The notes below the pieces were generated by a model. The model saw nothing but the letters and a program-made list of their open reading frames with translations. It was not told where the DNA came from and did not search any database. 64,000 bases of DNA from an uncultured Bifidobacteriaceae bacterium (GTDB lineage Bacteria > Actinomycetota > Actinomycetes > S36-B12): NCBI GenBank assembly GCA_964495555.1, contig CAZBWA010000003.1:475-64474 (forward strand), read 5' to 3'. Below are positions 17,412 to 26,903 of this stretch, piece by piece (positions within the stretch are counted from its first letter, which is position 1; each line of letters begins with the position of its first letter). The position numbers and the translations under genes are program-made.

Positions 17412-20216
17412 CTAGCTGCAGCCCGAGGTGCTTCCGCACCCCTCGCAGACGTAGCAGCTGCCCGCCGGGCGCATCTTGATCCCGCAGGTCATGCACAGCG
17501 GGGCATCGGACGCGGTACCGGTGATCTCCTCGAGCAACTCTGCACTCGAGTGCGCGGTGCTGACCCGGGGGGACTCTCCCGCCACGGCCGGCGTCTCCAC
17601 CTCCACCTCGAGGTCGGCCGCCGGGGACTGGGTGTACGACGCAGCCACGGTTGCAGCACGCTCGTCGGCGGTGAAGATGCCCAACGCCTCACGCTTGTCA
17701 TACGGCAGGTAGTCCAAAGCCAGCCTGCGGAAGATGTAGTCCATGATCGACTGCGACATCCGGATATCCGGGTCATCCGTCAAGCCGGCCGGCTCGAATC
17801 GCATGTTCACGAACTTCGACACGAAGGCCTCCAACGGCACGCCGTACTGGAGCGCGATGCTCACCGCGATGGAGAAGGCATCCATGACCCCCGCCAACGT
17901 GGATCCCTGCTTGCCCAACTTCAGGAAGACCTCGCCGAGCTCGCCGTCTTCGTAGGAACCGGCGGTCAGATACCCCTCGGCTCCCGCTACCGCGAACGAG
18001 GTGGTGCGGCTCGGACGTGATTTCGGCAGTCGCCGGCGGATCGGCTGACCCGTCGCGAGGGCCTCGGCCACGGCCTCGACCGTCTCGTCCACCTTCTTGG
18101 CCTTGGCGTCCGACAGTGGCTGACCGACCTTGCAGTTGTCGCGGTAGATGGCGAGCGCCTTGATGCCGAGCTTCCATCCCTGGAAGTAGATCTCCTCGAC
18201 TTCCTCAACCGTCGCCGTTTCGGGCATGTTGACGGTCTTGGAGATCGCACCCGAGATGAACGGCTGGACGGCCGCCATCATCCGGACGTGCCCCATCGGC
18301 GTGATCGCGCGCGCGCCCATGGCCGTGTCGAAGACGGCATAGTGCTCCGGCTTGAGTCCGGGGGCATCGATCACGTGTCCGTTCTCCGAGATGTACTCGA
18401 CGATCGCCTCGACGGTCTCCTCGGTGTACCCGAGCTTGCGCAGGGCCCGCGGAATCGTCTGGTTAACGATCTGCATGGAGCCACCACCGACCAACTTCTT
18501 GAACTTCACCAGGGAGAAATCGGGTTCGATACCCGTCGTATCGCAATCCATCATGAAACCGATGGTTCCGGTGGGTGCCAAGACCGATGCCTGTGCGTTA
18601 CGCCAGCCGTTCTTCTCGCCGATCGCGAGGCACTCTTGCCAGTTCTTGATCGCGATCTTCATGACATCGCCGTCCAGGGAGGAGACGGAGCGGACGTTGT
18701 CATTGGCGGAGGCGTGCTTGCGCATCACCCGCTTGTGGGCATCTGCATTGCGCGCATACCCGTCGTAGGGACCCACGATGCCCGCGAGCTCCGCGCTGCG
18801 CTTGTAGGCCGTCCCCGTCATGAGCGACGTGATGGCGGCGGCGAAGGATCGACCTGCATCGGAGTCGTACGGGATTCCCGTGGCCATGAGCAGCGCTCCG
18901 AGATTCGCGTACCCGATGCCGAGCTGGCGGTAGCGCCGGGTGGTGTCCCCAATCGCCTCCGTGGGGAAATCCGCGAAGGAGATGGAGATGTCCATCGCGG
19001 TGATGACGAACTCCACAGCCTTGGCGAATCTCTCCGCGTCGAAGGTGTCGTCCTCCTTGAGGAACGTGAGCAGGTTCAAGCTGGCGAGGTTGCAACTGGA
19101 GTTGTCCAGGCTCATGTACTCCGAGCACGGGTTCGACGCATTGATCCTGCCCGTCTCGGGATTCGTGTGCCAGTCGTTGATGGTGTCGTCGTACTGAATG
19201 CCGGGATCGGCACATGCCCACGCCGCCTCGCACATCGTGCGGAACAGTGTCGTGGCATCGAGAGTCTCGACCACGTGACCATCGGTCCGTGCGGTGAGGT
19301 CGAAGGTGCCTCCGGACTCCACGGCGCGCATGAACTCGTCGGAGACGCGCACCGAGTTGTTCGCATTCTGGTACTGGACCGAGCTGATGTCCTTGCCTCC
19401 AAGGTCCATGTCGTACCCGGCGTCGCGGAGAACACGGATCTTGTCCTCCTCGCGAACCTTGGTCTCGATGAACTCCTCGATATCGGGGTGACTGACGTCC
19501 AGGACCACCATCTTCGCCGCACGCCGCGTCGCTCCCCCCGACTTGATCGTCCCCGCGGATGCGTCCGCGCCCCGCATGAACGACACCGGGCCCGAGGCCG
19601 TGCCCCCCGATGACCGGAGCAACTCGCGGCTCGAGCGGATGCGAGAGAGGTTGAGGCCCGCACCCGAGCCCCCCTTGAAGATGATCCCCTCCTCCTTATA
19701 CCAGTTGAGGATGGATTCCATCGTGTCCTCGACGGACAGGATGAAGCACGCGCTGACCTGCTGCGGGGCCGTAGTGCCCACGTTGAACCAGACGGGAGAG
19801 TTAAAGCTGAACACCTGATGCAAGAGCATGTAGGTGAGCTCATGCTCGAAGATCTGCGCATCCTCGTCGGTGCGGAAGTACCCGTTCTCCCTGCCGGCCT
19901 TTACGTACGTGAGCACGACGCGGTCGATCAACTGCTTGAGGCTCCATTCGCGCTGCTCCGTGTCGAGTGCGCCGCGGAAGTATTTCGTCGTCACGATCGT
20001 CGACGCGTTGACACTCCAGAAGTCGGGGAACTCGACACCCTTCTGCTCGAACACGGTCTCGCCCGTCTTCCAATTCGTCTGCACGACATCGCGTCGCTCC
20101 CACACGACCTCGTCGTAGGGGTGCACCCCGGGAGTGGTGTACAGACGTTCCACGACGAGCCCCGGGTTGTGCAGGGTGTTGTGAACGAATACCGGGTTGG
20201 TCATCGTGTGCGACAT
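17412..20216 (-). CDS. nrdJ: adenosylcobalamin-dependent ribonucleoside-diphosphate reductase (class II)
   Basis: A 934-aa protein with class II RNR motifs (TTKYFRG, SACFIL, NPCSEY) and a C-terminal Cys-rich tail CMTCG..CYVCEGCG. ATG 20216 was chosen because the ORF-track extension to 20492 overlaps nrdR. Confidence 0.93.
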   Translation of the reverse strand: MSHTMTNPVFVHNTLHNPGLVVERLYTTPGVHPYDEVVWERRDVVQTNWKTGETVFEQKGVEFPDFWSVNASTIVTTKYFRGALDTEQREWSLKQLIDRVVLTYVKAGRENGYFRTDEDAQIFEHELTYMLLHQVFSFNSPVWFNVGTTAPQQVSACFILSVEDTMESILNWYKEEGIIFKGGSGAGLNLSRIRSSRELLRSSGGTASGPVSFMRGADASAGTIKSGGATRRAAKMVVLDVSHPDIEEFIETKVREEDKIRVLRDAGYDMDLGGKDISSVQYQNANNSVRVSDEFMRAVESGGTFDLTARTDGHVVETLDATTLFRTMCEAAWACADPGIQYDDTINDWHTNPETGRINASNPCSEYMSLDNSSCNLASLNLLTFLKEDDTFDAERFAKAVEFVITAMDISISFADFPTEAIGDTTRRYRQLGIGYANLGALLMATGIPYDSDAGRSFAAAITSLMTGTAYKRSAELAGIVGPYDGYARNADAHKRVMRKHASANDNVRSVSSLDGDVMKIAIKNWQECLAIGEKNGWRNAQASVLAPTGTIGFMMDCDTTGIEPDFSLVKFKKLVGGGSMQIVNQTIPRALRKLGYTEETVEAIVEYISENGHVIDAPGLKPEHYAVFDTAMGARAITPMGHVRMMAAVQPFISGAISKTVNMPETATVEEVEEIYFQGWKLGIKALAIYRDNCKVGQPLSDAKAKKVDETVEAVAEALATGQPIRRRLPKSRPSRTTSFAVAGAEGYLTAGSYEDGELGEVFLKLGKQGSTLAGVMDAFSIAVSIALQYGVPLEAFVSKFVNMRFEPAGLTDDPDIRMSQSIMDYIFRRLALDYLPYDKREALGIFTADERAATVAASYTQSPAADLEVEVETPAVAGESPRVSTAHSSAELLEEITGTASDAPLCMTCGIKMRPAGSCYVCEGCGSTSGCS

Positions 20217-20262
20217 GTCGTGCCCTTCTTCTGGTGTGCGTCGTGTGTGCTGATACGGAAAC

Positions 20263-20769
20263 TCATGTGGCCGACCCAGTCTGGGACGTGGGGCTGACAA
20301 GCTCAGGCTCGGTTCCGAGGGGGTCCCCCTCGGCGCGCAGGAGCGCGATCTCAGCCTCGAAGTCCTCGAGCGAATCGAAGGATCGATAGACCGATGCGAA
20401 CCGGAGGTAGGCGACCTCGTCCAACTCCCGGAGGGGCCCGAGGATCGCGAGACCGACCTCCAGGCTGGGCACCTCGGAGTTACCCGAGGCACGCACGGCG
20501 TCCTCGACCCGTTGGGCGAGGACAGCCAGGTCGTCCTCGGACACCGGTCGGCCCTGGCACGCCTTGCGCACGCCGGAGAGCACCTTCGCGCGCGAGAAGG
20601 GCTCGATGACCCCGTTGCGCTTGGCGACAGTGAGGGATGTGGTCTCCGACGTCGTGAACCTGCGGCCGCAGTCGATGCACTCGCGGCGACGTCGGATGGA
20701 CGCGCCCTCCTCGGCCGTCCGGGAGTCCACGACGCGTGAGTCGTCGCACTTGCAGAACGGGCACCTCAC
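20263..20769 (-). CDS. nrdR: transcriptional repressor NrdR (zinc ribbon + ATP-cone)
   Basis: [17 protein letters not shown]...[10 protein letters not shown] zinc ribbon followed by an ATP-cone. AAGGGAGGGA SD before GTG 20769. It sits directly upstream of nrdJ, as in the Streptomyces nrdRJ operon. Confidence 0.95.
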   Translation of the reverse strand: MRCPFCKCDDSRVVDSRTAEEGASIRRRRECIDCGRRFTTSETTSLTVAKRNGVIEPFSRAKVLSGVRKACQGRPVSEDDLAVLAQRVEDAVRASGNSEVPSLEVGLAILGPLRELDEVAYLRFASVYRSFDSLEDFEAEIALLRAEGDPLGTEPELVSPTSQTGSAT

Positions 20770-20866
20770 GGTCTGTCCCTCCCTTCACTCTCGTCACACC
20801 ATCACCGACACTCACGGGCGTTCATGCGGACTGGGGAGATCCTGTGGAACACCTGTGGACGAGCTA

Positions 20867-20882
20867 CCACAACCTATTGAGG
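20867..20882. promoter_or_regulatory. candidate NrdR box (promoter-distal from the TSS)
   Basis: CCACAACCTATTGAGG matches about 11/16 of the acaCwAtATaTwGtgt consensus I recall. Its start lies exactly 32 bp from that of the second box, the usual tandem phasing. Confidence 0.5.
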
Positions 20883-20898
20883 TTCCGTACGGTTGCGG

Positions 20899-20914
20899 AC
20901 ACTACATCTTGGGG
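20899..20914. promoter_or_regulatory. candidate NrdR box overlapping the predicted nrdR TSS
   Basis: ACACTACATCTTGGGG matches about 12/16 of the NrdR-box consensus. It lies 5 nt downstream of the predicted -10. Confidence 0.6.
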
Positions 20915-20919
20915 TCGGA

Positions 20920-20949
20920 AACATACGGCTCCCGGGACCCCCTGCGCAA
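20920..20949 (-). promoter_or_regulatory. predicted nrdR-nrdJ promoter
   Basis: On the minus strand: -35 TTGCGC (20949-20944), an 18-nt spacer and -10 TATGTT (20925-20920). Confidence 0.4.
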
Positions 20950-20971
20950 GTAGCCCGCCCGGCGTGTCGCG

Positions 20972-21649
20972 CTATCCGCCGACCCGGTTCACCGTGTCCA
21001 CGAGGCGCGCCGCGAAAGCCCGCCTCCCCTCGGCGTCGTAGTGCAGGCCGTCCCGGAAGCGCACGCCCACCGCCTCCGCGTAGGCACCCCAGCGCACTCG
21101 ATGGACGTTGGGATAGCGACGATCCATGTCCCCGATCCGCCGATTGATCCAGCGCTGCTTGTCCTTGGTGAAGCGATCTGCACCGCTCGCGTACGTGTCG
21201 ACCCAGATCACCGTTCGCTTCCCGAGGGATCGCACCACGCGTTCCATGCGCGCTCTCGTCACGTCGCGCGCGATCCAGCGCATGTCATTGGTTCCGACCG
21301 CGATCACCACGATGTCTGGTAGCTGGTCGATCTCCTTGGCACGAGCGATCTGGGCCAGCGCCCAATCGAGTCTCTTCCCGCCGAAACAGCGGATGGTGGG
21401 GGTCCACCCGGAGTCCCGCAGTCCTCGCTGGATCGACGCGGCCGATTCGCGCACGAGGGAGTCGCCGATGACCAGGACGCGACGCCCGAGTCCAGGCGAC
21501 CCGCTCGCCAGGCGCTCCGGCCATATGGGCGCGCTGCAGGCCCGTGGATCCCCGCCAGTACTCCACCCCGGGTCCCGTTCGGCGGAAGCACCCGGTGCCA
21601 GGGCTACTACGGCTGCGAGAACGAGGCCGAGGGCGACAGGCCGGAGCAT
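20972..21649 (-). CDS. secreted SGNH/GDSL-family hydrolase
   Basis: Signal peptide MLRPVALGLVLAAVVALAPGASA, block I VLVIGDSL and block III AVGTNDM. ATG 21649 lies 10 nt after the LysM gene stop. Confidence 0.8.
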   Translation of the reverse strand: MLRPVALGLVLAAVVALAPGASAERDPGWSTGGDPRACSAPIWPERLASGSPGLGRRVLVIGDSLVRESAASIQRGLRDSGWTPTIRCFGGKRLDWALAQIARAKEIDQLPDIVVIAVGTNDMRWIARDVTRARMERVVRSLGKRTVIWVDTYASGADRFTKDKQRWINRRIGDMDRRYPNVHRVRWGAYAEAVGVRFRDGLHYDAEGRRAFAARLVDTVNRVGG

Positions 21650-21659
21650 CCCGGAAGTA

Positions 21660-21980
21660 TCACCCAGGGACGACGAGGGCACGTCCGGCACCCACGGACG
21701 CCGAGCCCATGCCGTTGAGGTCCATGATCCGCGCCACGGTCTCACGCGGGTCCGCTCCGGGGGCGACGTCGTGAGCGATGGACCAGAGGGTCTCCCCGGG
21801 GCGAACGACGTGGACACCTGTGGCGGTCCCGCCGGGCTCCGAGGTGGCCACGGCCCCTTGGCCTGTCGCCGTCACCACCCCGGCCGTAAGGGCCAAAGTA
21901 AGGAGCGTCAGGCACAGACGGCCTCGACGGGTGAGCCGAACGCCGCGTGCGCCGGGGGTGCTAGCTGACTTCTGCTTCAT
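21660..21980 (-). CDS. small membrane-anchored LysM protein, YneA/ChiZ-like candidate SOS cell-division inhibitor
   Basis: A 106-aa protein with a basic N-terminus, one TM helix (LCLTLLTLALTAGVV) and a C-terminal LysM domain (HVVRPGETLWSIA...DLNG). It is divergent from lexA with LexA boxes in its leader, the same architecture and position as B. subtilis yneA and M. tuberculosis Rv2719c. Confidence 0.75.
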   Translation of the reverse strand: MKQKSASTPGARGVRLTRRGRLCLTLLTLALTAGVVTATGQGAVATSEPGGTATGVHVVRPGETLWSIAHDVAPGADPRETVARIMDLNGMGSASVGAGRALVVPG

Positions 21981-21993
21981 GGGGAAGATCCTT

Positions 21994-22009
21994 TCGAACA
22001 GCTGTTCGA
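21994..22009. promoter_or_regulatory. LexA (SOS) box 1, perfect palindrome
   Basis: TCGAACAGCTGTTCGA matches the actinobacterial TCGAAC-N4-GTTCGA consensus. Confidence 0.9.
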
Positions 22010-22025
22010 TCGAACGTATGTGCGA
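22010..22025. promoter_or_regulatory. LexA (SOS) box 2, directly abutting box 1
   Basis: TCGAACGTATGTGCGA has one mismatch to the consensus. It is followed immediately by the -10 TATAAA (22031-22026, minus strand) of the LysM gene. Confidence 0.75.
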
Positions 22026-22060
22026 TTTATAGCACGCTCGGGGCCCCGACACGCCCATCA

Positions 22061-22076
22061 TCGAACATATGTTTGA
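22061..22076. promoter_or_regulatory. LexA (SOS) box 3 overlapping the lexA -35
   Basis: TCGAACATATGTTTGA has one mismatch to the consensus. It overlaps the predicted lexA -35 TTGATT. Confidence 0.75.
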
Positions 22077-22101
22077 TTTCGGCGTGTCGCCGTTCTAGCC
22101 T
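22073..22101 (+). promoter_or_regulatory. predicted lexA promoter
   Basis: -35 TTGATT (22073-22078), a 17-nt spacer and -10 TAGCCT (22096-22101). GGAGGA SD before ATG 22126. Confidence 0.5.
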
Positions 22102-22125
22102 GGGTTCCTCACCCAGGGAGGATCC

Positions 22126-22827
22126 ATGGCTCAGCGCATCAGGCGTCCCGCCCCCGAGACCAACGTCCGCGAACTGCCGGACGGTCCGGCCGATGAGGCT
22201 GGCCTCACCCTGCGCCAACACGCCATCCTCGAGGCGATCCGATCCAGCATCGAGGAGCGCGGATACCCGCCCAGCGTGCGCGAGATCGCGGAGGGTGTCG
22301 GGCTGACCTCGTCCTCGTCGGTGGCCTATCAACTGGCCACTCTGGAGAAGCTGGGCCACCTCCGCCGGGACCCCAATCGGCCTCGCGCGCTTGTCGTCGC
22401 CGACCAGGGAGAGCCCACGGTCACGTCCCCGCGGGCCGTCGAGCCCTTCGCGGACACCGTCGAGGTCCCGCTCCTCGGGCGGATCGCCGCCGGCGGACCC
22501 CTCCTGGCCGAGCAGTCGGTGGAGGCGAGCTTCGCCCTCCCCCGCGACCTGGTCGGACATGGCGAGCTGTTCATGCTGAAGGTGGTCGGAGACTCGATGA
22601 TCGACGCGGCTATCTGTGACGGCGATTGGGTCGTCGTACGGCAGCAACCCACAGCGCTCAACGGGGACATCGTCGCCGCCCTCCTGGGCGACGAGGCCAC
22701 GGTCAAGACCTACAAGGAACGCGATGGCCACGTGTGGCTCATGCCGCATAACCCCGCCTACGCGCCGATCCTGGGTGATGAGGCGCGCATCCTGGGGAAG
22801 GTCGTATCGGTACTGCGGTCGCTCTAG
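22126..22827 (+). CDS. lexA: LexA repressor (S24 self-cleaving)
   Basis: Winged-helix N-terminus ([34 protein letters not shown]), an AG cleavage site (GRIAAGGP), and an S24 Ser/Lys domain (GDSMIDAAI ... TVKTY). Confidence 0.95.
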   Translation: MAQRIRRPAPETNVRELPDGPADEAGLTLRQHAILEAIRSSIEERGYPPSVREIAEGVGLTSSSSVAYQLATLEKLGHLRRDPNRPRALVVADQGEPTVTSPRAVEPFADTVEVPLLGRIAAGGPLLAEQSVEASFALPRDLVGHGELFMLKVVGDSMIDAAICDGDWVVVRQQPTALNGDIVAALLGDEATVKTYKERDGHVWLMPHNPAYAPILGDEARILGKVVSVLRSL

Positions 22828-24710
22828 TCAGCCAACCGGCGCAACGCCGAGAGAACGACCTCGCGGTCACTCGTCGGCCAGAGAGGCGGCATAGCCGCGC
22901 GGATCGCCGTCGCGTAGCGAGCGGACGACATGCGCGAGTCCAGGAGCGCGACGACGCCGCGATCGTCCCCCGAACGGATCAGGCGTCCCGCCCCCTGCGC
23001 CAGGAGTAATCCAGCGCGCGCGACGCTGACCTCCATGAACCCGGACCGTCCCCGTGCCTCGGCGCGCTCCGCGCGTGCCGAGGTAATGGGGTCGTCGGGC
23101 CGGGGGAAGGGGATCCGGTCGATCACGACGAGGATGCACGCACGTCCCGGGACATCGATCCCCTGCCAGAGCGACACCGTCCCGAGCAGGACACTGCACT
23201 CGTCCGATGCAAATGCCGCGATCACTCGCGCTGGCGATTCACCACGCTGCTGCACATGGACGGTCAGATTCGGTGATCGGACACGTAGGTACTCCGCGGC
23301 GCGCTCGACTCCGCGCCAGCTCGAGAAGAGCCCGAGGGTGCGGCCACCGGCAGCCTCGATGAGATCGGCCATCTCGTCCAAGGCCTCCATCGAGATTCCG
23401 TCACGGTCGGGAGCAGGAAGATGTGCTGCGGTGTAGAGGATGCCCTGACGCGCGAAGTCGAAGGGGCTCCCCACATCGACCACCGTCGTCGCCTCATCCA
23501 GTCCCAGCGAGGCGATCACGGTTTCCGGTCCGCCCGAGGTGAGCAGCGTCGCACTGGTCGCGATCACCGTGGGCGGCATTGCTCCTCGCAGAACAGCCCC
23601 GACGTCCAGTGGCGCCACGTGCACGACAGACCGATCGTTTCCGTGGTCGAACCAGACGACGTCATCGGGTCCCGCCGTCAGGATCCGTGCCGCGGCTGCA
23701 TGAAACTCCTCCACTGCGGCGCGCAGCCGAGCTGTGGATCCCGCGTCGGACTCCCCCGTCGGCGCGAGAGCAGGCAAGATCCCGTGACCGGCATCCCTCA
23801 GCAAGGTGAGCGCGAGGAGGAGCTCCTCCGACAGGGCGCGCACACGGCCAGGCTCCATGGTTTCCAGAGCCGCATCGACCGCAGCGAGGGCATCCTCGGC
23901 ACGATCCCGGAGGTCTGACTCGATCCGTCCAGCGACCCGAGCGAGGGTCCGACGCACATCGGTCGTGTCCAACTCGACGGAGATGGCCGACGTCACCCGG
24001 TCGACGAACTCGTGTGCCTCGTCCAGGATCAAGATGTCGTGCTCGGGGAGGATCGGCATATCGCTCGAGGCATGTAGTGCCACCAGTGCGTGGTTCGTGA
24101 TGACGATGTCAGCCCCTAGGGCCTCCAGTCTGCGCGTTGCCGAGAAGCACTCCTGGCCGAAGGAACAGCGCGCTTCTCCTATGCACTCCCTACTGCTGAC
24201 CGAGAGCGAGCGCCAGACGCGCGTATCGAGCTCTCCCGGGTAGTCATCGCGATCCCCGGTGGTGGTCTCCTCGATCCACGCTCGGACCTCGCGGACCTGC
24301 TCGGCCAAGCGACCAGTCTCGACCTCGAAGAGGCCATCGTCCTCCGGCGCATCCACCCGCACCCGGTTGAGGCAGACGTAGTTCTGCCGACCCTTGAGCA
24401 CGGCGGTGCTCACTGAATCCGCGGCATCGAGGGCCTCCAACACACGCGGTAGATCCCGCTCGGACAGTTGACGCTGGAGCCCGAGGGTCGCCGTCGCAAT
24501 CACGACCCGAAGGCCGGAATCACGCGCCGCGAGAACGGAGGGGACCAGGTAGGCAAGCGACTTACCCGTGCCCGTCCCTGCCTGCACCGCCACCGACGCC
24601 CCCGTGTCGATCGCTGTTGCGATGCAGCGCGTCATCTCCTCCTGTCCGGTTCGTGACTCACCCCCCAGGGCTGCGACCGCGACACGCAGGGCTGCGACCG
24701 CCTCATCCAC
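22824..24710 (-). CDS. dinG: ATP-dependent DNA helicase, DinG/Rad3 (XPD-like, Fe-S) family
   Basis: Walker [17 protein letters not shown] box (LILDEAHEF) and four-Cys cluster positions ([20 protein letters not shown]). GTG start overlaps the hflX stop by 8 nt. Confidence 0.85.
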   Translation of the reverse strand: MDEAVAALRVAVAALGGESRTGQEEMTRCIATAIDTGASVAVQAGTGTGKSLAYLVPSVLAARDSGLRVVIATATLGLQRQLSERDLPRVLEALDAADSVSTAVLKGRQNYVCLNRVRVDAPEDDGLFEVETGRLAEQVREVRAWIEETTTGDRDDYPGELDTRVWRSLSVSSRECIGEARCSFGQECFSATRRLEALGADIVITNHALVALHASSDMPILPEHDILILDEAHEFVDRVTSAISVELDTTDVRRTLARVAGRIESDLRDRAEDALAAVDAALETMEPGRVRALSEELLLALTLLRDAGHGILPALAPTGESDAGSTARLRAAVEEFHAAAARILTAGPDDVVWFDHGNDRSVVHVAPLDVGAVLRGAMPPTVIATSATLLTSGGPETVIASLGLDEATTVVDVGSPFDFARQGILYTAAHLPAPDRDGISMEALDEMADLIEAAGGRTLGLFSSWRGVERAAEYLRVRSPNLTVHVQQRGESPARVIAAFASDECSVLLGTVSLWQGIDVPGRACILVVIDRIPFPRPDDPITSARAERAEARGRSGFMEVSVARAGLLLAQGAGRLIRSGDDRGVVALLDSRMSSARYATAIRAAMPPLWPTSDREVVLSALRRLAD

Positions 24711-26073
24711 GGCTGGCGCCTCGCAAGGCAGCTACCAGGTCCTCAGGCGCCTCGCCCACGACGTGCGTCCCGTTCTCGCGGTACTCGACGGCGTCCACAC
24801 GACCCCACCGATGCATCTGCGAGATCAAGTCCCCTCGGTCGAAGGGGACCACGAGATCCACCCGCGACCACGGGCGTGGGAGGGCCCCCTCGATCGCTGC
24901 CTCGAGAGCTGGGACCCCCTGTCCCGAAACGACGGAGACGAGGACGGCGCCGGGTTCCCGACGGAGAAGTTCTGCAACCGTCTCGGGGTCGGCGATATCC
25001 GCCTTATTCACGACGAGCAACTCCGGTGTGTCAGCCGCGTCCAACTCCGCCAGGACCCCGCGCACCGCGGCGATCTGCTCCCACGGCGCTTCGTCCGCTC
25101 CGTCGACCACATGCACGATCAAGTCGGCCTCGCGCACCTCCTCGAGTGTGGACTTGAACGCCTCGACGAGGTCGTGCGGGAGGTGGCGGATGAATCCCAC
25201 GGTGTCGCTCAGCGTGTACTCGCGGCCTTGGGACGTCCTCGCCCGCCGGACCGTCGGCTCGAGCGTCGCGAAAAGCGCGTTCTGGACCATGACCCCTGCG
25301 CCGGTCAACGCATTCAGCAGACTGGATTTGCCCGCGTTCGTGTAGCCCGCGATGGCAACTGCGGGCAGTCGCGACCTCGCGCGTGCGGCGCGCTGCGTGC
25401 GACGGGACTTCTCCATCTCTCGGAGGGTCGAGCGCAGCTTGGACATCTGATCGCGAATCCGTCGCCGATCCGTCTCGATCTTCGTTTCGCCGGGTCCGCG
25501 TGTTCCCACGCCACCCGACGCGCCTCCTGCTCGTCCACCGGCCTGGCGTGACAACGACTCGCCCCAACCACGCAGGCGCGGAAGGAGGTACTGCATCTGG
25601 GCCAGTGACACCTGCGCCTTGCCTTCGCGGCTTCGCGCGTGCTGGGCAAAAATGTCCAGGATCAGCCAGGTGCGGTCCACCACCTTGACTTTCACGATGT
25701 CCTCGAGCTGTCGCAACTGTCCGGGGCTCAATTCGCCGTCGCAGACAACAGTGTCGGCAGACCATGCCAGGACGAGATCGCGTAACTCGCGGGCCTTGCC
25801 CGACCCCAGGTAGGTCGCCGGATCGGGGGAATCTCGCCTTTGGATGACTCCGCCTACGACGGCGGAACCGGCGGTCTCGGCGAGTGCCGCGAGCTCGCGC
25901 ATGGCCCGCTCGGCCTGGTCGAGGGACCCTTCGGTCCACACGCCGGCGAGCACGACCCGCTCCAACCGCACCTGGCGGTACTCGACCTCACGGACGTCCT
26001 CGATCTCGGTGGACAGCCCCGACACGCGCCGGAGTGCCTGACGGTCCTCGAGGTCGAATTCACCCGTGCTCAC
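24703..26073 (-). CDS. hflX: GTPase HflX
   Basis: HflX N-domain plus G-domain motifs (GYTNAGKSSLLNALT, DTVGF, NKAD). GTG start in a GTGA overlap with the dapF stop. Confidence 0.93.
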   Translation of the reverse strand: MSTGEFDLEDRQALRRVSGLSTEIEDVREVEYRQVRLERVVLAGVWTEGSLDQAERAMRELAALAETAGSAVVGGVIQRRDSPDPATYLGSGKARELRDLVLAWSADTVVCDGELSPGQLRQLEDIVKVKVVDRTWLILDIFAQHARSREGKAQVSLAQMQYLLPRLRGWGESLSRQAGGRAGGASGGVGTRGPGETKIETDRRRIRDQMSKLRSTLREMEKSRRTQRAARARSRLPAVAIAGYTNAGKSSLLNALTGAGVMVQNALFATLEPTVRRARTSQGREYTLSDTVGFIRHLPHDLVEAFKSTLEEVREADLIVHVVDGADEAPWEQIAAVRGVLAELDAADTPELLVVNKADIADPETVAELLRREPGAVLVSVVSGQGVPALEAAIEGALPRPWSRVDLVVPFDRGDLISQMHRWGRVDAVEYRENGTHVVGEAPEDLVAALRGASRG

Positions 26074-26903
26074 GGAAGGGTCACGTGCCCCTCGGCGACG
26101 AGGACCGCCGGTCCGTTCAGATGGATACGCCCATCTCGAGGAAAATCGACGCGCAGTTCACCGCCCCGAACCCCCACTCGCCACGAATCGCATCCCGGCT
26201 CCCAGGAATCCCGCGCCACCCACGCCGCTGCGCAGGCACCTGTTCCGCAGGAGAGGGTCTCTCCGACCCCTCGCTCGTACACGCGCATGGCGATGCTCCC
26301 GGGCCCCCGTCGGGAGACGAACTCGACATTGGCCCCGCTGGGGAATACTCCCGACGGGGTGACCACAGGAGCCTCGAGAGAGTCGCCCAGAGACTGCAGG
26401 TCGACGTCGAGGATCACCGCATGGGGATTGGGCACGTCGACTCCGCGCGCCCGCCAGGTCCTGTCACCTAGGCCCACCGTGATCTCGTCGGGACGGGGTC
26501 GGACAGGACCGGTGAGTACCGCCGTGAGTGAACCGTCGGATTCCGAGCGCATCGCCACGCACCCGGATCGAGTTCCTACCAGGAACTCTTCGGCGGACAC
26601 CAACCCGCTGTCCAACACGTATCGGGCGAACACGCGGATCCCGTTCCCACACATCTCCGCGACGGAGCCATCGGCGTTTCGGTAGTCCATGAATAGATCA
26701 GCGGCGGGGCAGTGCTGGCTGGCCACCTCGTAGTTCGCCGTCCGAACGACGCGGAGCACACCATCCGCGCCCACTCCGCTCCGCCGATCACAAAGCCACG
26801 CCACCTGGGCGGGCGACGGATCCCACGTCCCTTCCAGGTCCGGGATCACGATGAAGTCATTGAGCGTGCCGTGTCCCTTGACGAAGGGGAGGCGCAGGGT
26901 CAC
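26070..26903 (-). CDS. dapF: diaminopimelate epimerase
   Basis: FVKGHGTLNDF, CGNGIRVFARY and a second catalytic Cys (LSCGTGACA). GTGA overlap with the upstream stop. Confidence 0.92.
   Translation of the reverse strand: MTLRLPFVKGHGTLNDFIVIPDLEGTWDPSPAQVAWLCDRRSGVGADGVLRVVRTANYEVASQHCPAADLFMDYRNADGSVAEMCGNGIRVFARYVLDSGLVSAEEFLVGTRSGCVAMRSESDGSLTAVLTGPVRPRPDEITVGLGDRTWRARGVDVPNPHAVILDVDLQSLGDSLEAPVVTPSGVFPSGANVEFVSRRGPGSIAMRVYERGVGETLSCGTGACAAAWVARDSWEPGCDSWRVGVRGGELRVDFPRDGRIHLNGPAVLVAEGHVTLP

Noticed and set aside
18288-19613. A 441-aa plus-strand ORF
   Set aside because: It is antisense to nrdJ and is a shadow frame.
17412-20216. Possible inteins in nrdJ or recA, as occur in some actinobacteria
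   Set aside because: Both proteins have normal lengths and uninterrupted motif spacing (RecA 355 aa, NrdJ 934 aa).
20841-20860. The direct repeat cctgtggaac-acctgtggac in the nrdR leader
   Set aside because: It is only 8 bp repeated once, with no known regulator motif. It lies downstream of the NrdR boxes in the transcribed leader, and there is too little evidence to call a site.
22027-22749. A 240-aa minus-strand ORF covering lexA
   Set aside because: It is antisense to lexA, would start inside the SOS-box spacer, and has no motifs.
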